This document shows positions 49,881 through 59,108 of a stretch of 64,000 nt of DNA, piece after piece. Each line of letters opens with the position of its first letter. Position 1 is the stretch's first letter. The stretch comes from Candidatus Omnitrophota bacterium. GTDB taxonomy: Bacteria; Omnitrophota; Gorgyraeia; B26-G9. Below the pieces are notes generated by a model. It was given only the letters and a program-made list of their open reading frames with translations. It was not told where the DNA came from and did no database searches. Both the position numbers and the translations under genes were made by a program. The DNA is taken from assembly GCA_043826565.1 (NCBI GenBank), contig JBDRPX010000004.1:10232-74231 (forward strand). Direction: 5' to 3'.

Positions 49881-50687
49881 TTAGTATTGAATCAAACTGC
49901 CTTGCTGGCGTGCTTTTTTTAAAGCATAGCCAAAGGCAAAGAAGCTTAAAGGGGACAGGATAATCGAGAAGATCAAAAGGATCGCGCATTCTGAGGAGAG
50001 CTGGCTCAAAGTGTAGTTTTTATATACGGCTAGTTCAATTGCTCTGATCGCGTGAGTGATCGGTAAAAACTGGGCTATTGTCTGCAAAAACTTAGGCATT
50101 ACCGCGATTGGGAAAAATACTCCGCCTAATAACCCTTCCAGATTATTGATCACCCAGGCAATGGGATTACCGCGCTTGAAGACAATGATAAAACAAGCCG
50201 AGAGTATGCCTAAACTGCTGAAGCAGATGATCGTCAGTATTAAGATTATGATCGCCGAAAGGATATTTACATTCCCAAAATCTATATGGAATAAAAATAC
50301 ACCTAAGATAAAATATATACATATATTAAATGTGGCAAAGATGAGATTCCAGCAGGCCATACTGCCTAAGATAATGCCCACGCGGGTGGGAGTTAAAAGA
50401 AGGGTTTCCAAAGTGCCCATGGTCTGTTCCTGGCGGACCTGGTCGGCAAAAGAACCCATGCCCACTCCGATATAGCTGAAAAAGGCCATGCTTAAAAGTA
50501 CATAAGAAAAGTAATTCACCCCGAATTCCTGCAGATGTTTACTTATCCGGCCGCTGAAGAGTTTATCGATAAAAAAATAGGTAAGCAGAAGGACAAAGAC
50601 GCTGAATATATTCAGAAAAAAAGAAAGCTTATAACTGGTTTCAATGAGCAGGTCTTTTTTTATTAAGGCATATAATTTTCTAAACAT
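49881..50687 (-). CDS. ABC-2 type polysaccharide exporter permease (Wzm-like)
   Basis: Six TMs with an ABC-2 membrane profile. It overlaps the ATPase gene start. Confidence 0.7.
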   Translation of the reverse strand: MFRKLYALIKKDLLIETSYKLSFFLNIFSVFVLLLTYFFIDKLFSGRISKHLQEFGVNYFSYVLLSMAFFSYIGVGMGSFADQVRQEQTMGTLETLLLTPTRVGIILGSMACWNLIFATFNICIYFILGVFLFHIDFGNVNILSAIIILILTIICFSSLGILSACFIIVFKRGNPIAWVINNLEGLLGGVFFPIAVMPKFLQTIAQFLPITHAIRAIELAVYKNYTLSQLSSECAILLIFSIILSPLSFFAFGYALKKARQQGSLIQY

Positions 50688-51462
50688 TTTTTGTTAGTTC
50701 CCTATATATATCGGTTAAACCGGCTTTGGGCATTTTAGTTTGCTTCCTTAGTTCTTCAATTGTTCCGTTTCCGCAGAGTTTTCCTTTGTGAAGGATGAAA
50801 AATAAATCACAAAGATCTTCAGCTTCTCCTATATTATGTGTAGCCATAAGAATTGTTTTTCCCTCGTCGGAAAGGTTCTTAATTGTAGTTTTTAAAGTCT
50901 CAGAAGAATTATAATCCAGGCTTTTCATGGGTTCATCTAAAAGCAAAAGGGACGGTTCGTGCAGAAGCGCTCTGATCAGGGAGAGTTTTCTTTTCATGCC
51001 CGTAGAATATGAATCAAAGCGCTGGTTTTGATAGTCAATGTTGAATAACTGAAGGAGCTCGGCTAGCCGTTTTTTTGTTTGAGCCTTATTTAAGCCGTAC
51101 AAAGCGGCGAAAAATTCCAGGTTTTGTAATCCGGAGAGTCTCCAGTAGAAACTGCGGTCGTCATTGGAAACCAGCCCGATATTTGATTTAACAGCGATGT
51201 CATTTGTTTTGACCGAATAATTGTTTACGATAACATTGCCTTCATCAGGAAACACAAGCGTGGAAATTATTTTAAGTAAAGTAGTTTTGCCTGCGCCGTT
51301 TTCTCCGAGTAAACAGGCGATTTTCCCTTGGGGTAAAGAAAAAGATACATTGCTTAATGCGGTTATCCGGGGCATTTCCCGCAATAGAAGCATATCAGTG
51401 ATTGAGGCAGGAGTTTGAAATTGCTTGGTTAAATTTTCTATGCTTAATATTGTATTATTCAT
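50680..51462 (-). CDS. ABC transporter ATP-binding protein (Wzt-like)
   Basis: Walker A GENGAGKTT, signature YSTGMKRKLSL, and Walker B LLLDEP. Start taken at the ATG at 51462 (the TTG at 51498 is also possible). Confidence 0.8.
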   Translation of the reverse strand: MNNTILSIENLTKQFQTPASITDMLLLREMPRITALSNVSFSLPQGKIACLLGENGAGKTTLLKIISTLVFPDEGNVIVNNYSVKTNDIAVKSNIGLVSNDDRSFYWRLSGLQNLEFFAALYGLNKAQTKKRLAELLQLFNIDYQNQRFDSYSTGMKRKLSLIRALLHEPSLLLLDEPMKSLDYNSSETLKTTIKNLSDEGKTILMATHNIGEAEDLCDLFFILHKGKLCGNGTIEELRKQTKMPKAGLTDIYRELTKNV

Positions 51463-51801
51463 GTAGATAAGGTTAACAGATAAGCCTGTTTTCGTCAAGG
51501 TACAAGACAGTCGCTAAGCGCTCAGCTACTGCGTTATTTTTTCGCTTACTTGTGCGACGTGCATTTTGCACGCCTCCGCGTTCGCTCAAAAAAGCCTTGT
51601 ATCTGAGCACTTTTCGACAGCTTGTATGATTCTTTATGGTTTTTGTTTAAGTTATCTGTGTCTTGGGTCTTGCGTCTTGAGTCTATTAATTTTTTCCCTT
51701 GTAAGTGTTTTTATGACTGTGATACAATTAAATAAATAGGGGCGGGGCAAAAATACCGCAGATATTTCATGGAATGGATTATTAAAGACAAGGAGTGGGG
51801 T

Positions 51802-53193
51802 ATGACTATTTATCGCCAAAGTTTATTTTTAGCAGCAGTTGTTATTCTTTCCTTAGTTTTCCTCTGTTTACCTTCTTACGCGCAGGATCCCCAGACTAAA
51901 CCGCCGGAAATTGCCGGAGAGTTTTTCGGCATGCCGGTACCTTCAAGTAATTACTTTTTTGCCAAAAGGGTGATCATGTCTTATGGCGCTAAATGGCGCG
52001 GATCTCCGCAAACCCAGGCAGAACTAGAAGATATGGTTTGGCAGGAGCTTTTATTTTCATTTGAAGCATATCGCCGGGGCATAGAGGTAAGCCAGGAGGA
52101 AATTGGCGAGGAAATCGAAAAAATATTAAAAGCGCAAAAGGCAGAATTCAATTGGCGCTTGGATAAAGAGGAATTTGAAAAATGGGCAAAGGATACTTTG
52201 GGGGTTCCGGTAGATATGTTCATGAATCAAATAGAACATTTGGCTAAGATCGAAAAACTGCGTCAGGAAGTGATCGATAGTATTGAACCGGAAGTTACGG
52301 ATGAGGAAGCTTATCAGAAATTTTTAAATGAGTATAATACTCTTTTGGTGGAATTGATCCAGTTTGATGATCTGGAAAAAGCAAAAGATTTTTATGAAAA
52401 GTCCATTCTGCCGATCGCGGATAATGCTCCGGAGCAGCTTGTTTGGGATGACTTAATTCTATCCGATGAGGCTTCCAAACGGGGAATTAAAGCCGAAGAT
52501 GAAGAGGTGGACAAAGCGGTTTCGGCATTATTGCGGGCCAAAGAAGCCAGGTTTAAGTGGCAAGAAGATAATGAATCGTTTAAAAAATGGATTGAGGAAA
52601 CAACCGGAGAAACCGAAGAAGGGTTTCGTCAGCGTTTTAAAGCTTTTGTAAAGATCGGTAAGCTTATGAACAAGATATCCGCAAAGGAAGAGCCGGAAAT
52701 TAAAGATAAGAAATATAAAAAGTTTCTTAAAAATAATAAGACTTATGCGCAGGCATATGCGGAGTTTTTCGCGGCTTATAAGCCAACAGGCGATGTCCTT
52801 AATTTTGCTTCTTTTGAAGAAGCCTTAGCTTATTATCAGAAGATAGATAGACAGCCGGGGTTCTGGGAAGACCGCAAGAGAGAAAACCCGGATCTATTTA
52901 AACAGCCGGGATTTGTGGCCCTGGATTTTCTGCTGAATATGTGGGGTTTTAAAAAAGAAGACGCTTATAAGATGCTGGATGCGGAAATCGGGGCGTATTA
53001 TCCGCCGTCTCCTATATATAAGGGATATGGTGTGTTTAAGATCCTGAAAATCCGTAAGGCAAAGCCTGAGGAATATGAGGGCCGCAAAGATTATTATGTG
53101 GAAAGGGTAAAATCTATCAAAAAATATGATGGTTTTACCGCGTGGGTCAAAGAGCTTAAAGAACAGGCTGATATAAAAAGATTTATTCAGTAA
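51802..53193 (+). CDS. secreted protein with internal ~100-aa repeats, function unknown
   Basis: Signal peptide ending AQD. Repeated blocks (KWRGSPQTQAELEDMVWQE... / ...RFKWQEDNESFKKWIEE...). RBS AAGGAG. Confidence 0.5.
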   Translation: MTIYRQSLFLAAVVILSLVFLCLPSYAQDPQTKPPEIAGEFFGMPVPSSNYFFAKRVIMSYGAKWRGSPQTQAELEDMVWQELLFSFEAYRRGIEVSQEEIGEEIEKILKAQKAEFNWRLDKEEFEKWAKDTLGVPVDMFMNQIEHLAKIEKLRQEVIDSIEPEVTDEEAYQKFLNEYNTLLVELIQFDDLEKAKDFYEKSILPIADNAPEQLVWDDLILSDEASKRGIKAEDEEVDKAVSALLRAKEARFKWQEDNESFKKWIEETTGETEEGFRQRFKAFVKIGKLMNKISAKEEPEIKDKKYKKFLKNNKTYAQAYAEFFAAYKPTGDVLNFASFEEALAYYQKIDRQPGFWEDRKRENPDLFKQPGFVALDFLLNMWGFKKEDAYKMLDAEIGAYYPPSPIYKGYGVFKILKIRKAKPEEYEGRKDYYVERVKSIKKYDGFTAWVKELKEQADIKRFIQ

Positions 53194-53308
53194 TAAGTGG
53201 TAAGAATTAAGGATTAAGAAGAAAACAAAAGGCAAAAAATAAAAGAAAAAAAATATAAATTAAAAAAATGTCACTTAATACTTACGACTTAATCCTTATG
53301 ACTTAATT
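53194..53308. repeat. intergenic quasi-palindrome (ttaaggattaagaag ... cttaatacttacgacttaatccttatgacttaa)
   Basis: Immediately upstream of the peptidase/kinase/PqqD/rSAM cassette. Confidence 0.55.
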
Positions 53309-53758
53309 ATGGAAGAAATCATTCTGAAGGCTAAAGTTGATCTTTTGTGCAAGCAGCTGCGGGAAACCGGGAGTATTCAGGTATCTGTGTCCGGCAATTC
53401 TATGTTTCCGTTTATGAAAAACGGAGATATGCTGCTGGTTGAGCCGATAAAAATAAAAGATGTTTTTCTCGGGGAAGTAGTAGTTGTCTATGCGCATAAT
53501 AATCTCTACTGCCACAGGGTTGCATTTAAAAATCCTAAATTTATTCAAACAAAAGCAGATGCCTTAGTACTCTGGGATGTTCCGGCAAATCAGGAAGACT
53601 TGATCGGAAAAGTTGTCGGCCGGGTCAAAAAAGGGAACATAATTCGTATTGATAATGGATGGCTGAGGATCGCGGGAATTTTAATATTAGGGTTTTCTTT
53701 TTTGGCCGCGCCCTTATATATCCCTTTACGGATGATAAAAAGGCTATTTAGAAAATGA
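53309..53758 (+). CDS. S24/S26-family (signal-peptidase-like) serine peptidase with C-terminal TM
   Basis: The SGNSMFPFMKNGDMLLV motif is characteristic of the S24/S26 catalytic Ser region. A downstream Lys candidate is present, followed by a hydrophobic C-terminus. Confidence 0.55.
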   Translation: MEEIILKAKVDLLCKQLRETGSIQVSVSGNSMFPFMKNGDMLLVEPIKIKDVFLGEVVVVYAHNNLYCHRVAFKNPKFIQTKADALVLWDVPANQEDLIGKVVGRVKKGNIIRIDNGWLRIAGILILGFSFLAAPLYIPLRMIKRLFRK

Positions 53759-54921
53759 GTACTTCTCTTACGGAAAAGCAGGCGATATTTGATTATTTTG
53801 TATTCACTCTTATCGCGAAACCTTCATTATTTGTCTTGGAAGATTATTCCGAGTTATTAAAATCAATGGACTGGCCTTATTTTTTAGAAAAGGTTTTTCG
53901 CGAGGGTATCTCCGGTTTGATCTTTTACCATGTGCTTAAAACTAAAAATTGCCATATATTTCCTGATGATGTCCGGGAGCAGTTAAGATATGATTATGAG
54001 AACAATCTGGGCCGGAATTTATTTTTAAGTCTTCGGACAATAGAATTCCTGGATTATCTGAATAAAGAAAATATCCGCGTATTGTTACTGCGCGGAGCGG
54101 ATTTTATCGACCGAATCTACCCGGATTACGGAATCCGGGCCATGGGAGATGTGGATATTATTATTGCTGAGGAAGATTTTAAGCGGGCTGAAAAAATATT
54201 CAATACTCTTGGGTATGAGAATTACAAAGGATACCGGTACTTGTTTTTAAAAGATGAGGTTTATATCGATGTTCATCTTGATCTTGCCGGTTATTGGCGA
54301 ATCCCATCACGTTTGCATACGATTAGCATTAAAAATGAAGATGTTTGGCGAGATGCCCAGCCCATAAATGATGTTCGCCCATTGATCCGGAAATTAGGGG
54401 TATATGACGCGATTCTTGCGGCTTGTGTTCATATGCAGGAACATTCGTTTAGCCGGTTGATATGGTTTGTCGATGTTTTGTTTTTGATAAAAAATGAAGG
54501 TGAGGATTTTAACTGGCCGCGGTTATGGGAAAGAGCCCGGCAGTGTAATCTGCATAAATCACTCATGTTTGCGCTTAGTTATTTGCAGGCCCGGGAGCTT
54601 ATAATTATTCCGGAAGATATGCTGCGGAATTTTAAGCAGGTGCCTTTAAATGGGTTTGAGTCAAGGTCCTTGCAGATACTTAGAATTAATAAGCGGGAAT
54701 ATATATCCGGAGAATTACTGTTCTTTTTTTCTCTGGGGACTTTAAAAGAAAAACTTAAATATATTAAAGAAGTACTGTTTATTAAAAAAGAGTTGTTTCC
54801 TTCGGTGCTCCCAAACGCCAATATCTGGAATTATATATGCCGGTTTTTTAGGATAGTATGGTACGGAGTGAGTAAATTATTCGCGGCATTTAAAAATGAA
54901 AACAAATTGATAAGCAGATAA
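53755..54921 (+). CDS. uncharacterised nucleotidyltransferase-family protein (PF14907-like)
   Basis: ~388 aa with the minimal NTase core GDVDIIIAEED. Its neighbourhood (kinase + PqqD) fits families seen in RiPP-like cassettes. Confidence 0.5.
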   Translation: MSTSLTEKQAIFDYFVFTLIAKPSLFVLEDYSELLKSMDWPYFLEKVFREGISGLIFYHVLKTKNCHIFPDDVREQLRYDYENNLGRNLFLSLRTIEFLDYLNKENIRVLLLRGADFIDRIYPDYGIRAMGDVDIIIAEEDFKRAEKIFNTLGYENYKGYRYLFLKDEVYIDVHLDLAGYWRIPSRLHTISIKNEDVWRDAQPINDVRPLIRKLGVYDAILAACVHMQEHSFSRLIWFVDVLFLIKNEGEDFNWPRLWERARQCNLHKSLMFALSYLQARELIIIPEDMLRNFKQVPLNGFESRSLQILRINKREYISGELLFFFSLGTLKEKLKYIKEVLFIKKELFPSVLPNANIWNYICRFFRIVWYGVSKLFAAFKNENKLISR

Positions 54922-54925
54922 GATT

Positions 54926-55762
54926 ATGAGAGAAATATTATTAAACATCGGCGGGATAGCGGTATTAGTTGCTAATGGCAATGAAGAGTTTATTTCTTTG
55001 TTAAAGGATAAATATAAAGATTTTGTCATGGAGTGTTCCGGGCTCGAAAACATCCGGATTGAGATGAATAATAAACGGATTGAAAACGAAACTCCCCGGA
55101 TTACAATTGATAAAGATGAGCAGCAGTATTCGATTATCGGTGATGAGTTCTTGGGCAAGCTGAATATAGAAGATAAAAGATGTGTTGTTTATATGCGAAA
55201 CAATGAGAGTTTGTTTGATACTTTCTTGAGGGTGCTTTTTTCGGTATTACTTGTTTATCAGGAAGGATTTTTGGTGCATGCTTCGGGTATATCCCGGGAG
55301 GGAAAAGGATTTCTTTTTCCCGGAGCTTCCGAACATGGTAAGACAACTACCGCGCGCCGGTTTTGTGAATCGGTGATATTTAGTGATGAACTGGTAATTG
55401 TTAAAAAACAAGATGACGGATTTTACCTTTTCCCTTCGCCGTTTGCCGGAGAATTCGTTGGTAGTAATATGAATGAACCGGCACGATTAGAAAAAGTTTT
55501 TATACTTACCCGGGAACATATCGGCGTAACGGAAAAGGTTAAGGATTTTGAGAGTTTTCTTAGCCTGCTGGAACGTATATTTTTCTTTGCTTCTGACGCG
55601 GTCCTAAATCAGAAGCTTATTGATTTAGCTAAACAATTATGTACAAGAGTTGCTTGTTTTAAAATGAATATAATGGAAGAGAAAAACTTAGAGAGGATTT
55701 TTGATGAAATTTCAAAAGATGATGATCGAGCGCAATGCCCAGGCAGCCTGGCAGGAAATTGA
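54926..55762 (+). CDS. HPr-kinase-C-terminal-domain-like P-loop kinase
   Basis: P-loop GASEHGKTT within an HprK-C-like region (LVHASGISREGKGFLFPGASEHGKTT). There is no HPr kinase N-terminal domain. Confidence 0.55.
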   Translation: MREILLNIGGIAVLVANGNEEFISLLKDKYKDFVMECSGLENIRIEMNNKRIENETPRITIDKDEQQYSIIGDEFLGKLNIEDKRCVVYMRNNESLFDTFLRVLFSVLLVYQEGFLVHASGISREGKGFLFPGASEHGKTTTARRFCESVIFSDELVIVKKQDDGFYLFPSPFAGEFVGSNMNEPARLEKVFILTREHIGVTEKVKDFESFLSLLERIFFFASDAVLNQKLIDLAKQLCTRVACFKMNIMEEKNLERIFDEISKDDDRAQCPGSLAGN

Positions 55763-56021
55763 AGATAATGTTGTGGTTGTTACTCCGGCTAATAGTAAAG
55801 TTCATGTTTTATCCGGTATCGGCGGGCGAGTTTGGCAGCTGCTGGAAGAGGAAAAAACCGGACAACAGCTTAGCGAGATTATAATTGAGGAATTTGATGT
55901 GGGGATAGAGCAGGTCCAAGCGGATGTGGATGGTTTTTTGCAGGAGCTTTTGGAGAAAGAGATTATAAAAGTACAGAGGACAGAGGACAGAAAACAGAGG
56001 ACAGAAGAAACTACGTGCTAA
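55704..56021 (+). CDS. PqqD-family peptide-binding chaperone (RiPP recognition element-like)
   Basis: ~100 aa with the PqqD signature AAWQEIEDNVVVVTP...VHVLSGIGGRVWQLL...EF.V...V..DV..FLQEL. It overlaps the end of the kinase gene. Confidence 0.6.
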   Translation: MKFQKMMIERNAQAAWQEIEDNVVVVTPANSKVHVLSGIGGRVWQLLEEEKTGQQLSEIIIEEFDVGIEQVQADVDGFLQELLEKEIIKVQRTEDRKQRTEETTC

Positions 56022-56088
56022 AATTTTTTTCAGACTTCTGATCTCTGACATCGGATTTCTGACTTCTTGTTTTCCTTCGGAGAAGCGT
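55975..56088. repeat. quasi-palindrome (cagaggacagaggacagaaaacagaggacagaag ... cagacttctgatctctgacatcggatttctgacttct)
   Basis: The left arm lies inside the 3' end of the PqqD-like CDS (encoding QRTEDRKQRTEE). The right arm is intergenic before the rSAM gene. Confidence 0.55.
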
Positions 56089-57096
56089 ATGACTATTTGG
56101 GATGAGGTCGGCAAGGCTATAAAAGAGAAGTATATTCCGATTACTATGGTTCTGGAAGCTACCCGGCAATGTAATCTGCAGTGCTGCCATTGCTATAATA
56201 TTAAGGACAATGTGCAGCTGAGTTTTGATCAGATAAAAGACATTGGCGGGCAGCTGCGCCGGGCCGGATGTTTGTTTCTGGTGCTTACCGGAGGCGAAGT
56301 GTTTACAAAACCGGATTTTCTGGACATTGCCGGATATTTACGTAAGCTGGGGTTTGATTTAAAAGTTTTTACTAACGGTACTCTGATTACTTCACAAATG
56401 GTGGAAAGAATAAAAGATCTTGCTTTTAGTGAGGTGGGAATAAGTATTCAGGGAATCAATGCTCAAACGCATGATCGAATTACGGGAAATCCGGGATCTT
56501 TTGCCAAAGCTTTATCGGCAGTAAAGATACTTAAGCAGGCTAAGGTTCCCGTAGGTATAAAAACTACTTTAATGAAAACTAATTTTAGTGAATATAAAGA
56601 AATCATGGAATTAGCGGACAATCTGGGAGTTACCTATGTTATTGATCCGGTTGTTTCTCCGCGGGATGATGGATCAAAAGATGTTTTATCCTGCCGGTTG
56701 AGTGATGGCCAGCTTGAAGAGTTTTATCGGGAACAATTTTCTAAAATTGATTCTGTTTCTGCAGAAGTCAATAATGAGGATATTTGTGAGGCGGGTAAAA
56801 TATTCGGCAGTATTTCGGTTTTAGGTGATGTGTATCCCTGTATTCAAATTCCTTTGAAATGCGGTAATGTTTTCCAGCAGGAGTTTAAAGAGATCTGGGA
56901 TAATAGTGATATTTTAAATAAAATGCGAACAGTAAAACTTTGTGATATTGAAGAGTGTGCGACTTGTAAGATAGCTTATGGCTGTACCCGATGCCCGGGG
57001 CTGGCTTATTTAGAGGACGGAGATTTGTTTGGGCCGTCTTCGGTGGCGTGTATGAACGCGCGTATCTATGAGAAAATTAAAGAGTTAAAAATATAA
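56089..57096 (+). CDS. radical SAM enzyme with C-terminal SPASM-like Cys-rich domain
   Basis: CNLQCCHC (C-x3-C-x2-C) near the N-terminus, and a C-terminal CDIEECATCKIAYGCTRCPG...VACMNA Cys cluster. Confidence 0.8.
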   Translation: MTIWDEVGKAIKEKYIPITMVLEATRQCNLQCCHCYNIKDNVQLSFDQIKDIGGQLRRAGCLFLVLTGGEVFTKPDFLDIAGYLRKLGFDLKVFTNGTLITSQMVERIKDLAFSEVGISIQGINAQTHDRITGNPGSFAKALSAVKILKQAKVPVGIKTTLMKTNFSEYKEIMELADNLGVTYVIDPVVSPRDDGSKDVLSCRLSDGQLEEFYREQFSKIDSVSAEVNNEDICEAGKIFGSISVLGDVYPCIQIPLKCGNVFQQEFKEIWDNSDILNKMRTVKLCDIEECATCKIAYGCTRCPGLAYLEDGDLFGPSSVACMNARIYEKIKELKI

Positions 57097-57100
57097 TATC

Positions 57101-59056
57101 ATGGGATTAAAAATTAAAAATAATATTGGCAATAAACTTCTCGTTCAGATGATTATTGTGGTAATGATCATCGCCGCGGGATTCTATTCAATTATCAGCA
57201 TGCAGACTAAGGAGCTTGAGAAAAGAATATTCGATAAAGCTAAATTGTTTTCCACGATCCTGGGAGTGCATCTGGATAGAATAATCAGTGATAATATTTC
57301 CGCCTATAATAGCCTGCAAATGATTGTTAAGGGGATTGCTAAAACACATGAATCAGTAGAAGATATCCGGATTATTGCTCCGGAATTTATTGTCTTAGCT
57401 TCAAGTTCTCCGGAATATGTATGGCAGGCGGTAGATTCCGAGTATGTCGAAGTGATAAAAGATGTTGCCGCGAATATGAAGCCCCGGTCTTTGCTTAAGA
57501 CGGAATTAGGTAAAGACCTGGTTATCCATTTTATGCCTCTTTTGTCTTTGGATAAAGAAAAGCGGCTGATCGGAGTTATGCAGATCGCAGCGCGGTTTCC
57601 CTCACAGCAGGCGCAGACAATGGCTTATTTGCGCAGCAATAAGTCTGTTTATTATAAGGAGGAAGCCGCTGGATTTGCCCAGCAGGTATCTAAAGATCTT
57701 AAGAGCGCTTTGGATGAAGTGGATAAGAATTTTAGATATTTGGATGCTCTTTTGGCGAGTATGTTAAAGGATGATGAAATTCAGGATGTAAAACTATTTT
57801 CACATGATTTGCGTTTATTAGGATCCGGCAGTTCCGGACGCAAAACGCCGTTTATTTCTCAAAGAGAAATTGCTTTATATGAAAAAGCTGTTTTAGGTGA
57901 AGAAACATTGAACCTTAAGACCCCGGGGAAAAATGAGCAGCGCGAATTAGTCAGCCCGCTGTATTTAACACAAAATAATAATCGGGAGATCATTGGCGCG
58001 GTGGGAATCACAGTTTCCCTGATCAGGATAAATGCTTTAGTAGAGGCCCGGAGAAAAAATATTCTGGTGATGAGCCTGGTTATTATTGCCGCGTTTTGTT
58101 TGTTGATCGGTGTGTTTTTCAGAAAGACGGTTATGCTTCCGATAGATAAACTCATGGCCATGACTCAGCGGATAGGAAAGGGAAACTTCTCTCAGAAAGT
58201 AGTGATCAACTCTAATGATGAAATCGGCAGTCTGGCCCAGGCTTTAAACCAGATGTCGGATGAGTTGTTTAAATCAAAACAGGAAATAGAAAGATGGAAT
58301 CTTACGCTCAAAGATCGTGTGGTTGAGGTTACTAAGGAACTTCAGCAAAAGCAGGCCCAGCTTATGGAATCCGAAAGAATGGCGTCTTTGGGGGTGCTGT
58401 CGAGCGGGATTGCTCATGAAATAAATAATCCCTTGGGAATTATTCTCGGGCACGCGCAAATGCTGTTAAAGGAATTGAACACAAAAGGTAATATCCAGAA
58501 TGCCCAGGAAGCGGCGGTTCTTTTAAAGACCATAGAAGAATATACCAAGCGGTGTTCGTATATCGTAAATAGCCTCCTGGAATTTTCCCGAAAAAAAGAA
58601 TTGCAGTTTCAGTCTGTTTCGGTGACGGCGGCAATAGAGAATGCTTTAATGTTTACGAGCAGCCGTTTGGGGCAAAAGGGAATAAATGTAACCAAGGAAT
58701 ACAGTAAAAATATGCCTCAAATTTCCGCGGACTCAATACATCTGGAGCAGGTGTTTATTAATATAATTCTTAATGCCGAACAAAGTATGTCCGGAGGCGG
58801 CCAGCTGAAAGTAACCGCGGATATGAAAAAAAATGATATTTTGATCAGCTTTTGTGATACCGGACAGGGAATAGCTGAGGATGATCTTAAGAAAATATTT
58901 GATCCGTTTTTTACCACGCGTCAGCCGGGAGAAGGATCCGGATTAGGGCTGGCGATTAGTTATGGAATTATTAAGGCGCATAGCGGAGATATAATTGTGG
59001 AAAGTAAAAAAGGCCAAGGCACAAAAGTAATGGTGAAACTGCCAATAAAAAAATAA
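57101..59056 (+). CDS. sensor histidine kinase (TM - periplasmic/sensor region - HAMP - HisKA - HATPase_c)
   Basis: H-box GIAHEINNPLG and the G1/G2 boxes (DTGQGI, GSGLGLAIS). Confidence 0.8.
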   Translation: MGLKIKNNIGNKLLVQMIIVVMIIAAGFYSIISMQTKELEKRIFDKAKLFSTILGVHLDRIISDNISAYNSLQMIVKGIAKTHESVEDIRIIAPEFIVLASSSPEYVWQAVDSEYVEVIKDVAANMKPRSLLKTELGKDLVIHFMPLLSLDKEKRLIGVMQIAARFPSQQAQTMAYLRSNKSVYYKEEAAGFAQQVSKDLKSALDEVDKNFRYLDALLASMLKDDEIQDVKLFSHDLRLLGSGSSGRKTPFISQREIALYEKAVLGEETLNLKTPGKNEQRELVSPLYLTQNNNREIIGAVGITVSLIRINALVEARRKNILVMSLVIIAAFCLLIGVFFRKTVMLPIDKLMAMTQRIGKGNFSQKVVINSNDEIGSLAQALNQMSDELFKSKQEIERWNLTLKDRVVEVTKELQQKQAQLMESERMASLGVLSSGIAHEINNPLGIILGHAQMLLKELNTKGNIQNAQEAAVLLKTIEEYTKRCSYIVNSLLEFSRKKELQFQSVSVTAAIENALMFTSSRLGQKGINVTKEYSKNMPQISADSIHLEQVFINIILNAEQSMSGGGQLKVTADMKKNDILISFCDTGQGIAEDDLKKIFDPFFTTRQPGEGSGLGLAISYGIIKAHSGDIIVESKKGQGTKVMVKLPIKK

Positions 59057-59108
59057 TTAACCTGTAGGGGCCTGGCTTGCCTGGCCCGCAACTTCAAGAG
59101 GTTTTTCA

